Positions 44,340 through 57,010 of a DNA stretch of 64,000 bases are shown here, piece after piece. Below the pieces are notes generated by a model. It worked only from the letters and a program-made list of their open reading frames with translations. It made no database searches and was not told where the DNA came from. The stretch comes from Selaginella moellendorffii (lineage: Eukaryota > Plantae > Lycopodiophyta). Location of the stretch: positions 83,715-147,714 of the forward strand of contig NW_003314419.1 of assembly GCF_000143415.4 (NCBI RefSeq). Reading direction: 5' to 3'. Position numbers and translations under genes: made by a program. Position 1 is the stretch's first letter, and each line of letters starts with the position of its first letter.

Positions 44340-44760
44340 CCATCTTTGTACAACTAAATGTTTAAAATCATTTGAACCTAGTGCATTATATCATCTTAGA
44401 TCAGTTGTCCAATTGCCTTTTATATGTATTACAATATCACTTATGCCTCCTTCAATATTTGTTGAATTTAACTCTTCATTCTCTATTTCTTACCATTTTT
44501 TGAATGCATTAGCATAGGGATTTATCTCTTTTAATAATTTATCAAGACCACCCATTAGTTACTCATTGCATTTATAATTGTGTTTGTTTTTTATTTTTAT
44601 TTCCATTGCTTGAGCAGTATTCTAAAATATTTCATTGTGAATAAGCTGCATTTTTTTTTCATTATTTGGTTTGAAACTTCCAATATTATATTAAATGTAT
44701 ATATATAGATTAAAATAATTAGGGCCACCTACTGCAATGATCAATGAGGCTCTTTTGTTT
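44340..44760 (-). pseudogene. Helitron RepHel N-terminal remnant
   Basis: My translation gives GGPNYF..YNIGSFKP, NTAQAMEI and LDKLLKEINPYANAFK..DLR*YNA, matching the GP.F..G..YH.IGSL.P / NPYA..F / RRYNAP motifs of Helitron Rep proteins. Confidence 0.7.
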
Positions 44761-45859
44761 AAATATATTGGATGATTAGCGAAAGATCTTGATTCAACTT
44801 TAGTCTTTATTTATATATCAATAAACGTTTTACAATTCTTTCTTTACATTTCAACTCCCTCGTTTTCCTTTTCGTTCCAACTTGTTTTCATTCCGCAGTT
44901 GTTCTCGGCAGCCACCAAAAATGTTTTCCAGCCATAGACATAAGAGATGTTGATGTCCAGAGAATACGAAAAAGAAAAACGCAAGCAAATGAAGTTAGTA
45001 ATGTTGAAAAGGAAATAGGAACTTTCTTCATGCCCAAGTCGTTCTCAAGGCCAGAAGCACTCCTTTTTACACCACTCCTTCACAGCTTGTCGATCTTAAT
45101 GCTGCACTTTTTGACAAATCCATGGGTGTTGTAGTTGGCATAACATCTCCGGTTTCACATATTCTGCAAGCATTGTTTTTGCCCATATTAGTTTCCAAGA
45201 AAATCTCCACATTAGTGGTAAAAGGTATGAGTTCTTGATTTCCAGTAGCATTTGCTACAATTACATCCCCTTCTAAAATGGCATCCACAGTTTTCTGCTT
45301 TCTTTTGCGGCCCATTTCCGGCTAGTTATTTCAATTTGTATAATAGGCTAGTAGATTTCAGCAAAGTAGAATAGCTTTGGTAGGTGTTAGTTCTGTTTAG
45401 ATCGTCATGCAACGATGCAGTTTCTTATCGATAAGTTTTTTTGGTTTTTTTTCTGTTTTGTATTCAAGCAAACATAGCAATAGCCAATAGAATAGAGATT
45501 CTTGTATGTGCAGGTCACTCTTCTGAACTGTTTTCTGCCTGCACGCTTCCTTTTGAATGTTTTAAGCGTTTTTAGGATCGTGATCTGGAATGACATATAG
45601 ACATTTTGTTTTTTACCTAAAACCTTTACGAGAGAGAGCAAAACACTAAATAAAATCAAACACGGAAATCATTTCTATGCCCTGAGTTAATGTATAAATA
45701 TCATGTACCGAATCAAACCAAGCTCATGGCTTCAAAGTTGTGTCTATAAACACGTACATACACAACAGTATATTTAATGCTGTCTTATTCCTTCAGAAAT
45801 GGCTTTTTTAAAAACAGTTCATGGCTTTGTCTGTAAGAAAGTAGAGTAGGCTGCCATGT

Positions 45860-46090
45860 AGAGCTCCAATCCTTGTTCTCCACCACCTCAGCTGCCATGT
45901 ACTTCGCTGTGGTGATATCTCCTAAAGGTGCTGATCACCACTTTGTCGCACATGTTTAGCTTGGAAAGAATGTTGTCGAGCTTGAGATCCTGGTGAACCA
46001 CGCCTCTCAAATAAATCTATTTGAAGGTCTTTACCAGCTGCTTGATGATTCTGGCTGCTTTGTCCTCACCAATCTTCTCGCAAATATGCT
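45860..46090 (-). pseudogene. Ser/Thr protein kinase fragment
   Basis: EDKAARIIKQLV..RGVVHQDLKLDNIL (subdomains VIa-VIb), with a stop. Confidence 0.7.
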
Positions 46091-46169
46091 ATATTTAAAA
46101 GACCAAATAATTATGGAATAACGCCTTAAGAAAGGAAGGCAATATTTCCACTAACGAACGTAACCACTC

Positions 46170-46285
46170 CAGGAAAAATGCCCGTGCCCTGTCCAAAAGG
46201 AGACTCAGACAACACCACAAAGTCGGCAAACTTTCCTTGCGTCAGCGACCCAACCAAATCCTCCAATGCAGCTGCATACACACGG
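46170..46285 (-). pseudogene. Amidohydrolase-3 (LAF3-like) C-terminal fragment
   Basis: YAAALEDLVGSLTQGKFADFVVLS. Confidence 0.7.
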
Positions 46286-46296
46286 TTTGGCCTTTA

Positions 46297-47618
46297 CTAC
46301 GGCCTTTTGGACGTCCTGTGGTTTCCTCCTGTGATGTTTTCCTTCCTGGTGTTAGAGAGTAACTGAGGATCAAACGAAACAAACCTTGCCATGTAAGATT
46401 GCACTGCCTGAGCAAAGCCAGGCTTGTACGAGAAGAGAAGCCCACGGAAGAGTTTCCCATCGATGGAGGCTTCTAGAATGTATCTGTAGTTGAATACATC
46501 GCTTTCTCTAGCCTCGAACATCTTCTCACCTAGCGGCTGAAACTCTGTAGGATGAGTTTGACAGGGAAAAATTGGAGAGGTCCAAGGTTTTCCGCAGATA
46601 CCTCCGTGAGATGAAACCAAGCTCTTGTCCGCATCCCGTTGCTTGTCTAGAACGAATGGCGTGGCATGATACTTTTGCCGCCTTCTCTTACGTTCCTTAC
46701 GCATGGATAGCTTTGGTTCTGATGGATCTTTCTCCCTCAGCATCTCTTCACAGAAAAACGGCAACCATATTGTCAAGAATGGCAGCAATGTCAATAAAAG
46801 GGAAATACATGTCATCCAAAGCTTCAAGCTCTTCGTTACATCCCTCATAGAAGAATAATATGCCTCGCTCTGCATCCACGGAATCTCCTGCAAGGGAGAA
46901 ACGTGGAGAAGGCCTGGGACCTCGAAGTTGCCCAAACACCAGTTGCTACAAAATACATAAAAGCCCCATGAGAGACCAACAGGAAACAAATCTACCTACA
47001 AGCGAGATACTTTCCATGGCTGATTGTTGTGTGCCCGGCTCCTGGCATCAGCTCGGCACCAGTCGTCTTTACCTCCCGCCATGCCATTGTTTCTGGATTA
47101 CCACTGTCCTCGCCACCCATGACAACGAAACAGTTCTTATAGGAAGAGCAGGTATGGCTATCCCAAGGAATAGGTGAGACTCCAGTGGTAGAAATCTTCT
47201 TCCAGACAAAAGTATCTACAGGAAAAAAAAAAGTTTAGAAGAAAACAAGGAAAGATAACAGAATATTACTCGTGTTCAAAACATGGAGGACATTGTAGTA
47301 CTCCTACTCTGAGGGATTGCTGGATTTCCCACATCCCCCAAACACGAACAGGTTGTCACCGATGAGAGATGCGCTATGTCCTCTCGGAGCAGGAACATCA
47401 CCAAAAACGTCGGGTTTCCCCCAGGTGTTGGTAGCTGCATCGGATGATAAGAACGAGAAAAAAAATGATAGAACTCGGAGCTTACCATTATCCAAAACAA
47501 AGAGATCGTCGAGTGTGCTGGTTCCATCAGTACCACCAAACACATAGAGCTTAGACCTGACTGCTGTGGAGCTGTGGCTGTCCCGAGGAGAAGGGTGCGT
47601 TCCTTTCATCACAGGCTT
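46297..47618 (-). pseudogene. Kelch-repeat protein, 5'-truncated and disrupted
   Basis: PSPRDSHSSTAV.SKLYVFGG and PAPR.HSASLIGDNLFVFGG repeats, plus C-terminal FEAR.SDVFNY.YILEASIDGKLFRGLLFS. It starts abruptly at a microsatellite. Confidence 0.8.

Positions 47619-47681
<63 letters not shown>
47619..47681. repeat. Compound (GT)n(GA)n microsatellite
   Basis: Directly visible. Confidence 0.98.
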
Positions 47682-47684
<3 letters not shown>

Positions 47685-47876
47685 CTTCCCACAAGCAATG
47701 ATCGACGCTGTCTCGTGGTCATGCGCCCTAAAAGACAATTGAAAATTTTTATGATCCCAAAAGTCACGACTCTCCATTGTTTAATCTCAGCTATTAGATT
47801 TTGGCATATGCCCAGAATAAGTGTCCTCAGTATATGCTATTATCATACCAGCTCTTTCGTTTAAATATATGAGTTT

Positions 47877-47888
47877 GATGATGATATG

Positions 47889-47920
<32 letters not shown>

Positions 47921-47938
47921 GATATATATATATATATA
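47877..47938. repeat. (GAT)n followed by (AT)n microsatellite
   Basis: Directly visible. Confidence 0.9.
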
Positions 47939-47945
47939 CACACTA

Positions 47946-49399
47946 CTACTTTTTTCCATCTTTCTTTTGTTTCTTCTTCCACTTCTTTAGTTCCTTTTTA
48001 AAACCAAGACGTGATTTAAATCCACGGTATATTCTTTGGATCTTCATTGTTGCTCTTAATCTCATTTCGTTCAGCCCTTGTTGCTCAATAGTAACATTCT
48101 TTTTTCTATCAATCTCCTCTTCTTCCATCTTTCTCTTAGCCATTTTCTCTATATAACTGGCTCAAAACTTAATATTTGTTAAACTTGGAAATTGAGAAAC
48201 TTTAGCTTGTTACCGAGGCTCAAGCTCATCAATGATAATTTGTTTATCATTTCTCTGCTCTCTTATTTTTTTAATCATGAGGTCCATCTGCACCATATCT
48301 AACTCCAAACCTGCTTGCAGGTTAATTGCCTCTTCCATGAGTTGTAAGTTTTGATTTTTAACAAACTCCAGGCACCTGTTAGTGATTTTTTTCTCAACCT
48401 AGTCCAGCATTTAAAAAAAAAAAATTAAAAAATCATAGAAGTTGTGATCGGCAGACCTCAATTTTGCTTTTAAGCCTATCAGAGTGGTCCCGCAAAGATC
48501 TTAAAGCTATGTCACGGTCTCTTCGATTGCAGTCAGCTGTGGCAGAAAGTACATCTGCCCTGTAGTATTCTGCTCTTTAGAATATAAACATTTACAGAAG
48601 CATCGCTACCTGAATTTTGCTTGAATTTTATTCTCTTTCTTCAAATCTTTTATTGCCTGAAGTGGGGAGTTAGCCATTTCATTTCAAAGTTAAATTACCT
48701 GTTTCAGGGATAATAGCGTTTTATTCCACTCTCTCTCCATAACTTTATGGGTTGCTGCTTCTGACTGCAGGCTCTGCCGAAGCTCATGCATCTCGTGAGT
48801 GAGCTGCCTTATCTTTTCCAGCGCTTTAGGTAAATGACGCTCTCTGCGTTCACCTTCTTCGACAGTTGCGTCCAGGTTTGAGAAACCAAGGTGTTCTTCG
48901 ACCTACATTGTAAAAGAAAAAGTCGAATATAGACTAAATCGAGTATTACTTCCTGCAATGTCTTCGAGAAAACACCTCTGAGCCATTTTGCTTCTATACC
49001 AAATTTTGATGGTTTGGCTCCCCGATGGAATGGCCGCAACACAAGTGATGCATTGTCAAGCATCATGGCCTTTAGAATTTCGTACCCGTCATTTATTGTA
49101 CTCATTGAAATGCTAGAGTCTCCAGCCTGAACACAAAGGAAACTAAGAGCAAGTAAAAACAAGAGAGATCTTACTGTATCAGCACCAGGAAGAAGAGAGA
49201 CCAGCTTGAATCGTTCAATAAATCCAGCCAGAAATCCCATCAGCATCGCTCTTTCAGAACGCCTCACTGACATATCTGGGCTGCCATCTGGAGTATGCCC
49301 AAACTCTTGTAGTGATTGGGAAACAGGAGAGAACTGGTTAGTTGCAGGCGCCATCATTTTCTCATCATCATTCTCGTACTCATCGTCCTCCTCATCCAT
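47946..49399 (-). CDS. DRC9: IQ-motif coiled-coil protein, DRC9/IQCG-like (flagellar nexin-dynein regulatory complex)
   Basis: GT-AG exons splice in frame to a coiled coil ...DRLKSKIE|VEKKITNRCLEFVKNQ..., ending in IQ motif ATMKIQRIYRGFKSR and a Lys-rich tail. DRC10/IQCD is not fully excluded. Confidence 0.65.
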
Positions 49400-49498
49400 T
49401 TCAACTCAAAGAGATCTGAACTATAAATGTAAAAAGCCCTAATATAATATTCTATAATTATTCATCTGGGAACGGAAGAGGCAATCATTCAATCGGCA

Positions 49499-52400
49499 AT
49501 GAATACGCAATCGTCATGTGATTCATCTCCGTATGCATCCAGCCGCCAATCTCTTCCGCCGATGAGAGGAGCAGCTGCAGAAGCACTTTTGTCCAGGTTT
49601 GAGCCCTTTACAGACACCACATGGGCGCTGGAATTTTCAGATGTGGTGGGAGTTGGAGGTGGTGCTTGGATTCCTCATGCTGCAGCTGCTCCTGATACCT
49701 TCCGTCTGCCTACTTGTGCGGAGGCTCGTGATTTTCAGATTCCTAGAAGGTTCTTCTTAGCTGCTTCACGAGACAAGGAAGCATTGCTGGAAGAAAAAGT
49801 CAACTTGAAGACCGTACTCAATGCCAAGACCTTCCAGCTGTTTAGCCAAAAGTTGCAAGCCTCGACAACTAGAACGGCAAATAGGTTTTATTTATCCATT
49901 AGACAAATAGTACGACGTTTTTCTTTGTTCATCTTTAGAAAGTTGGGAAAGGCGTTAGAGAAGCTGGAATTAGCAAGAGCCAATGCTCCAAGAACTGGTG
50001 GCTCGGAGAGGATACAAACTAGACTCAAAGGTAATAATAGTGTGTGAGATAGTTTCAATTTCAGCTCTTCTTCTTTAGGATTAAGAAACAAAGCAGAGGA
50101 TCTTCGTAAGCTCTGTGAAGAACAACGTGCTGAAATATGTCTGCTGCGCAAGGATTTTCAATTGACACACAACAGAGTAGGAATATCTGCTAGCTATAAT
50201 GAATTTCTTTCGTTGTTTATGAAGTCTGAAATGACAGGAGACTGAGGTTGAAAGAGATGTTTTTGCTGAAGAAGTCATCAGGCTGCTAATGTACATGAAA
50301 CGATTGAAGTCCTGGCAGCACAGACTAAGCTGCGAGAACCGGGACCTTCTTGTTTTAAAGGATAAAACAACACTCCTGGATATAGCAAACAAAAGACTTG
50401 AAAGCTGCCTAGCCGTAAGAAGTTTCCATTTCAAACTGGAACCTTACGCGAAGCTTTACAGGCCATGGAAAGAAGCACCGAAAAGGCTAAAAGGGAATCT
50501 GCATTTTATAGAAAGAAGGTTGAAGCGAGCAAGTTGGCAGCTCCTGACGAGAAAAACTGTCAAGATTTGGAAGCTCAAACCTCCGAACTGGCAGCTAAGC
50601 TCGAAGTTGTAACTGCTGAAAAAGAAAAATGGGTACGGAAAGCTAGCAAACTAGAAGCTGAGATAAGGAAAGTTTTGAGAGAGTTAAGAAAAATTGAAGC
50701 AGAAAATTTTAAAAATGCTCCTCCATTGCCCATCCCAGTAACGCTGCCACTGTCACCACCTCCACCTCTGCCTCCAAAGAAAGTTGCTTCTGTTCCTTGT
50801 GAGTCCAAATTTCGAATTCTAAGCCAAGTTATAAACTTTATGTTTTTTCTTTATACCGGTAGCTACTCCAAAGCCTAAATCTGAGACCCATGTTAAAGTG
50901 GACTCCTCATTTAGAGGTATGCCTGATCATAATTTTTATGTTATGATAAACTACATCTATTTTAATATATAGAGGAAGCCATCAGAAAGGCCAAAGAAGA
51001 GAAGGAGAAAAAACGGGAAGAAGCTGAAGCATTGAAGAAAAAACAACAAGAAAATTTAATTAAGGAAGAAAAGATGAAAAAGGAGGAGGAACGTCGTAAG
51101 AAGGCCAATGAACGGGAAAAGGAAGAAGAATTACGAAGGAAAGAAGAAGAAGAAGAAGAAGAAGAATTACTAAGGAAAAAGGAAGAAGAACGCCAAAGAA
51201 GTGAAGAGGAGGACAGGAGGAGAAGAGAAAAAGAAGTAAAGAGAAAGATTGCTGAAGACGAGGAAAACAGAAGGTTGGTTGAGTTAGAAGCAAAGGAAGA
51301 ACAAAGGAGGAGGGTTGCTGAGGAAGAAAAAAGACGTAAAGAAGCCGAAATAACTGCACGCAAGAAAGAAGAGGAATCTAGAAGGAAAATGGCTGATGAT
51401 GAAGCTAGAAAACTTGCTGCAGAACACCTGGAAAGAAAAATAGCTGAGGAAGAAGCAAGCCACAATCCAATTGGAATGGTGGCAAGCCAAGAGGTTCTTG
51501 AAGGTAAAGCAAGAAGAATAGTTCATAGAAGGAAAGCTGTAGAGGAAGAGGCAAGAAGAAAGGTACTGGAGGAAGAAGCAGAAAGGAAAGTAGCGCAAGA
51601 GGAATCAAGGACAGCAGCTAATGAAGAAGAAAAAAGGAATGCAGCTGAAAAAGAAGCACGTACAGGAGCAGAAGAAGAAAAAGAAAGAAGAAATGCTCAA
51701 GATGATTCCAGGAGGATAGGTGAAGAAAAAATAACAAAGTCCGAGATAATTGCATTAGCAGTAGACAAGAACACACACAACGTGGATGAACTCGATGGAG
51801 CAGCAGAGAATCGAAAAAAGAGACGAACATCTGATGAAAGAGCAGAACAGGCAAGAGGGCAAGCAGAAAGAAAAGCCAAGCAAAAGGAACGACAGGGAGT
51901 ACTCAAAGACGACGAAGCAGCAAGGAAAGCTGAATCTGATAAATATGCGACAAGAAAGATCTTGGAAGAGGCAAAAAAAAAGTGGGATGAAGAAGACACT
52001 GAAAGGCATAAAAAGGGAGCGGAAAATGACCAGAAAAAAATGGAGGAAATAGTTTTTACTAAGGTGGAGAAAGAACAACAACACTTAGGGGCATTAAAAC
52101 GTACAGAAGAAGAGAACAAGAGAGAGGAAGAAAACATAAAGTATGAACTACAGAAGCAGCAATTACTAGAACTCCAACAAAAACAAAAGAATGAAAATGA
52201 ATTAAGTAACCAACCAGTGGAAGAAGGGGGGCTGAAACTTGAGGAAAGAAAAAGAAAAGACCAGGAGACGTCTAAAGAAGAGAAAGTGAATGAAAAGTGG
52301 CATAATGTAGAAATATTGGGCAAAACATTAGAGCCTCTAGAGCATCCTGAAATGGAAAAGATACAGGAGGAGCAAGCAAAGAGGCTGAAAAAGGAGAAGG

Positions 52401-52732
52401 AGAAAGGAACCCAACAAGAAACACACCTGAGGTTTCAAGACCAGAGATCAGCGTCAGTGCCAACTCCAAAAGTGTCCACGCCTGTAACCCCAAAAGCTAT
52501 TCCGGGACCTGTTCGTAGTGCTTCGTTCGCTGCTAGACGAGCAGCCAAAGCCAAAGGACGAGAATATGCTGAGGACACTAAACAAGTAGTGGAGAAAGAG
52601 ATGTCCGCATTTGCTAAGATGGAAGCACAGCGAGCAAGCATTGGATTTTTGGATCCTTCTATCATTGACATTGTGGAGCTCCATGGAACGCCCAGGCGTA
52701 GAATTTATGATGGTCTCGGGGATTTTATGTAA
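49499..52732 (+). CDS. Unknown multi-exon protein: coiled coil, Pro-rich linker and long E/R/K-rich (single alpha-helix-like) region
   Basis: Short GT-AG introns link open exons. The final exon is open for >1.7 kb. The start codon is uncertain. Confidence 0.7.
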
Positions 52733-52812
52733 CCTGTGATTATTAGATTTGTTACTACTTCATTAGCCTAATTTTAATGCCTAGATAGGAAATTTAGGGC
52801 AGAACGTGAAGG

Positions 52813-55064
52813 ATGTTAGTTTCCAAGGCCAGACGTTCAGTTTCTGCTTACGGAGACCGAGCTACTTCTGCACATGGCAGCAACAAGGACGTTTCTGCCG
52901 TTCCAGATTTGCTGGAAATGGTGGAATCGAGAAATTATAGCGGTGCTCTAGCACTTCTGCAATTCAAACACCAGGTATGGTAATTCATTCTCTGTTCTGT
53001 TATTTTTAGCTTTCTAGGAAAAATCCAGGCAGATATGTCAGACGTCAAGACTCTAGAGTGGTTAGGATTTTGCTACTTTCACAATGGCGATTACAACAGG
53101 GCATTAGAAACTTATAAGAAGCTTGAGCCGCTGGATGAAATATACTACATATATCAGGCTGCTTGTTTATATTATTTGGACTCTTACAGGGAGGCTGAGG
53201 AGTCAGCTCTGAAAGGTTTTACTAGTTCCTTCTATAGCATGCTAACTTAATGAGTGATTCCTATCTTTCCGGGTACAGCCCTCTTACTCCATCGATGATC
53301 AATGTTAGGTGCTACTTGTGGAATTCGAAATCGATTACTTTTCCACGTTGCATATCGTTTAGACAACGACATGAAACTTGTAGAGCATCACAGCAATATA
53401 GGCAACAGTGATGAAGACCAACTAAGCTTAGCTTCAATGCATTTTGCTCAGATCCACTACGAAGAGGCAACAGAAATCTACAAACAACTTTTGCTAGAAA
53501 ATAAGTAAGAAAAATGGTTCAGTTGGTAGGTCTTACTAAGCAAAGTATTTTGCAGGGATTGGATGGCCTTAAACGTGTATTTGGCTCTTTGTTATTATAA
53601 TTTGGATCAGTACGATGTAAGCCTTGATGTCTTGAGTGGATACTTACAGGTGCGGGTTTCTGACTTAGTTTTATTATAACACTTAATAAACTCGATTACA
53701 GTATTACCCAGAAAGTGCCATTGCAACCAATCTGAAAGTAAGAATACACCTGCATATGGCTTCTTCTCATTGTTGCTGACCAGGCTTGCAACACATTTCA
53801 ACTTTTTAATGGAAAAGCAGCTGAGTTGGTCCTAACTACACCAGAGGAAACTGCCAAAAACTCCCTTGAGCAAGGACTTTTCAAACACAACCTTGTAGTT
53901 TTTCGAAACGGTGAAGGAGCCTTGCAGGTTAGCAATGTGTCACATAAATATATGATTTTATATCATTGTGAAGTTCAGGTGCTTCCATCATTGCTCGATG
54001 TTCTTCATGAAGCTCGTTTGAACCTTGTGATTTACTATATAAAAATTGGTGGTGAGGCTTTCTCATTTAACTCGTGAACATCTGTATTTGTTTACTACAG
54101 ACACGGAATTAGCCTATCAGACAGTGAAGATGCACGAGCCGCATATGCCTCAAGAATACGTTGTCAAAGCTGTCACATGTGCTAGTCTTGGGCAAGATAC
54201 AGATCATGTAGAGCTTCTAAGCATGGCACGACAGTATTTTCATCTTATTGGCACGTCACCAACAGAATGTGATACTATACTTGGAAGGCAGTGCATGGCC
54301 TCTTATTATATTTTGCAAAAGCAGTTTAAAGATGCTCTAATATATTTGCAGGTAACTGGAAATTATTTTCAGGACTCGGCTTAGTTTTTTCTTGCATTTG
54401 CAGTCAATAAAATCCTTCTGCGAAAACCAAGACGAATTTAATTGGAATTCTGGCATTGTAAAAGCTAGCATAGGTGATTTTAGAGAGGCAGAAGAAAATC
54501 TCCTCTTCATTCAGAACACTAAATACCTAGAAAACTATTACTATGTGGCATGGTTGCTTTACTGTTTGATTATGAACGGAAAAGCTAATATAGCCTGGGA
54601 ACACTTTTTGCGTCTAGAAGCATCAGATGAAACTTTCAGGTGTGCTGTCTATTCATGTCTTTTACTGATATATACTTTTTGTCCATATAGTTTTCTGCAA
54701 CTGATTGCAAATGAATGTTATAAAACATGCCAATATCTTTATGCTGCTAAAGCATTTGATGCAATTGAGGAAATGGATGAATCAATGGATTGCTGGGAAG
54801 GAAAGCGAGGTGCATGCCTTGGTGTTTTACAAAAGGTAATATCTGGAGAGGAACCTTGTGAGAGTATAAAACAAGTCTTTGCTCTCCTGGAAAACACAAA
54901 TAACCCTGAGGTAATATTTCCATATGAATATCTTTTAATTTTTTCTCTAGGTGGAGTTTTTGTTGAAGGTCATGCAAGATTATTTGAAAGAAATATCATT
55001 ACAATCCACAACCTTTGCATTTTTATCTACTTCATCAAGCAAACCCATGTCAGATGAATTTTAA
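52813..55064 (+). CDS. IFT56: Intraflagellar transport protein 56 (TTC26/DYF-13)
   Basis: [101 protein letters not shown] and [11 protein letters not shown] is at 55062-55064. Confidence 0.92.
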
Positions 55065-55103
55065 AATACCATTAGTCTTTTTGGAGGGTCTTAAGTCCTT
55101 TAC

Positions 55104-55870
55104 TGTTAGGCACCACGTCAAAATAATAGGATAAGAAAGGGCTTACAAGCAAGTGATCAGGAATAGAATCAAGTGTAAGGGATAGGATCCTGACATTGGT
55201 GTGAGAGGCCACTTTGATTCTCATAGTTGACAAGTAGGAATATTCTGGAGGAATACTTAATATGGTAAGGCTTGGTGGACCCTAAGAAAAGGACCATGGC
55301 ATGGTGGATCTAGAGAACCATGTTTAGTAGACTTATGAGAAGGATCATGATGACCAAAGGGTGGGCTAAATATAATCGTGGATGATCATTCCCTAGAAAT
55401 GGAAGGATTGTGAAGCCCTACTGTTAGGATCCTATCCATTACACCCTAAGTCAACTGGCTAAAGGGGTGATCCTTTGATTGCAGGGCCCTTTCTTTATCC
55501 TATTATCTTGATCTGGTGCCTAACAATCCTCCCCTCGTCAGGGAATGATCATCCATAATCATACTTAGGCCACCCTCTAGTCACCATGGTCCTTCTCTTA
55601 GGGTCTACCAAACCTTGGTTCTCCCTCTAGATCCACCATGTTGAATATTCCTTTAGAATATTCCTGCCCCACTTGTTAGCCACAAGAATCGAACTGGGCT
55701 CCGATACCAATGTTAGGATCCTATCCCTTACACCCTAAGCTAACTAGCTAACGGGGTGATCACTTGATTGCAGGGCCCTTTCTTTATCCTATTATCTTGA
55801 TCTAGTGCCTAACACTTACAATCAAGTGATCACCCCTTTAGTCAATTGGTTTAAGGTGTAAGGGACTATG
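55104..55870 (+). mobile_element. TRIM (older copy) whose 3' LTR is interrupted by a younger copy
   Basis: LTR 55104-55195, degenerate PBS, short internal region, and 3' LTR pieces on both sides of 55422-55814. Confidence 0.65.
55422..55814 (-). mobile_element. TRIM, 393 bp, 104-bp LTRs
   Basis: LTRs 55422-55525 and 55711-55814, Met-i PBS TGGTATCGGAGC, PPT GAGGGGAGGA, TSD CCTAC/CTTAC. Confidence 0.88.
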
Positions 55871-56418
55871 CTCTACCTCCTCTTGAGGTTCCTCACCACC
55901 CAACCACCCCAAACTACCTCAAAAGATCCACTACACTACTGCTCCACTATGAGCTTTTAGGGTAGGTTAAATTCTTTAATGTACCATGCCTTAATACCCT
56001 TGATCTTACCTTTGACCCACATTGACCACATCTCAAGCTCAAACTCTTGGTCCATCCTTCATAGCTGTATACATTAAGAAGGTATTGAGCCCATCACTAT
56101 GAGATAGTATATCTTTCAATTGGTTAACATAAAATACTGAATGAATTTCCACCTTAGTTGGTAGCCACACTCAATAAGTGACTTTACCAATGCACTCCAA
56201 CACTTCATAAGGATTAGCATGTCTATGAGAAAGTTTGCCACTCTTCCCATTACTCAAAAGCACTAATATGTATTGCCATTCATTTGACGGAAAGATCACT
56301 TGTATAAAGATGAGTTCTTCCATCTTGTATTCCTAGAATTGGTGATGCTCATTGGCAAACTTTTTCACACTATTTTATTTTATTCTATTTGCACATTAGC
56401 AAAATTTTATCAAGTTCT

Positions 56419-57010
56419 TGTAAGCAACCAAAGAGAACGACTTGAGAAATGATCCATGGGGTTCAAATATAAAGGGAAAAGGCCCATGAATAAAAGTGCA
56501 CCCCTTTTCTAATCAGTTAAGGGTCTTGGGATATTTAGGGTTAAGCATCCTTGGGTTTGAATAGTATTGGGCTGGGTGACCTCCCAAGAAGTCCAAATTT
56601 AGGAACTTACATTTGGTATCAGAGGGGTCTTAGATCCAACTTTGTTGGTTAGCTAGGGGAATCACACCACATGTTGATTGACATCTGGCTGGTCTAGTTT
56701 GCTCCAGCTAGGCTCGACCCGAGGGGTAGAGTGTCAAGAGAGCGGGGCTCTTGAGAGAGCTGTGGCTCTTAGATTCCGTTCACGAGGGCGTGAACTTGCA
56801 GGAAAGCGTGGTGGATTGTAAGAAACCAAAGAGAACGACTTGAGAGACAATCTATAGGGTTCAAATATAGAGGGAAAGGGCCCATGAATAAAAGTGCACC
56901 CCTTTTTCCAATCGGTTAAAGGTCTTGGGATATTTGGGGTTAAGCATCCTTGGGTTTGAATAGTACTGGGCTGGGTGACCTCCCAAGAAGTCCAAATATA
57001 AGAGTTTACA
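56419..57010 (+). mobile_element. Cassandra TRIM (5S rRNA-derived domain in LTRs), 592 bp
   Basis: LTRs 56419-56611 and 56817-57010, PBS TGGTATCAGAG, TSD GTTCT/ATTCT, and 5S-like segments at 56540-56594 and 56939-56993. Confidence 0.9.

Noticed and set aside
51060-52684. Multiple minus-strand F/S/L-rich ORFs
   Set aside because: They are antisense shadows of the purine-rich coiled-coil exon.
56540-56594. 5S rRNA gene
   Set aside because: Only the ~55-nt internal promoter region is present, duplicated inside LTRs. It is a Cassandra domain, not rDNA.
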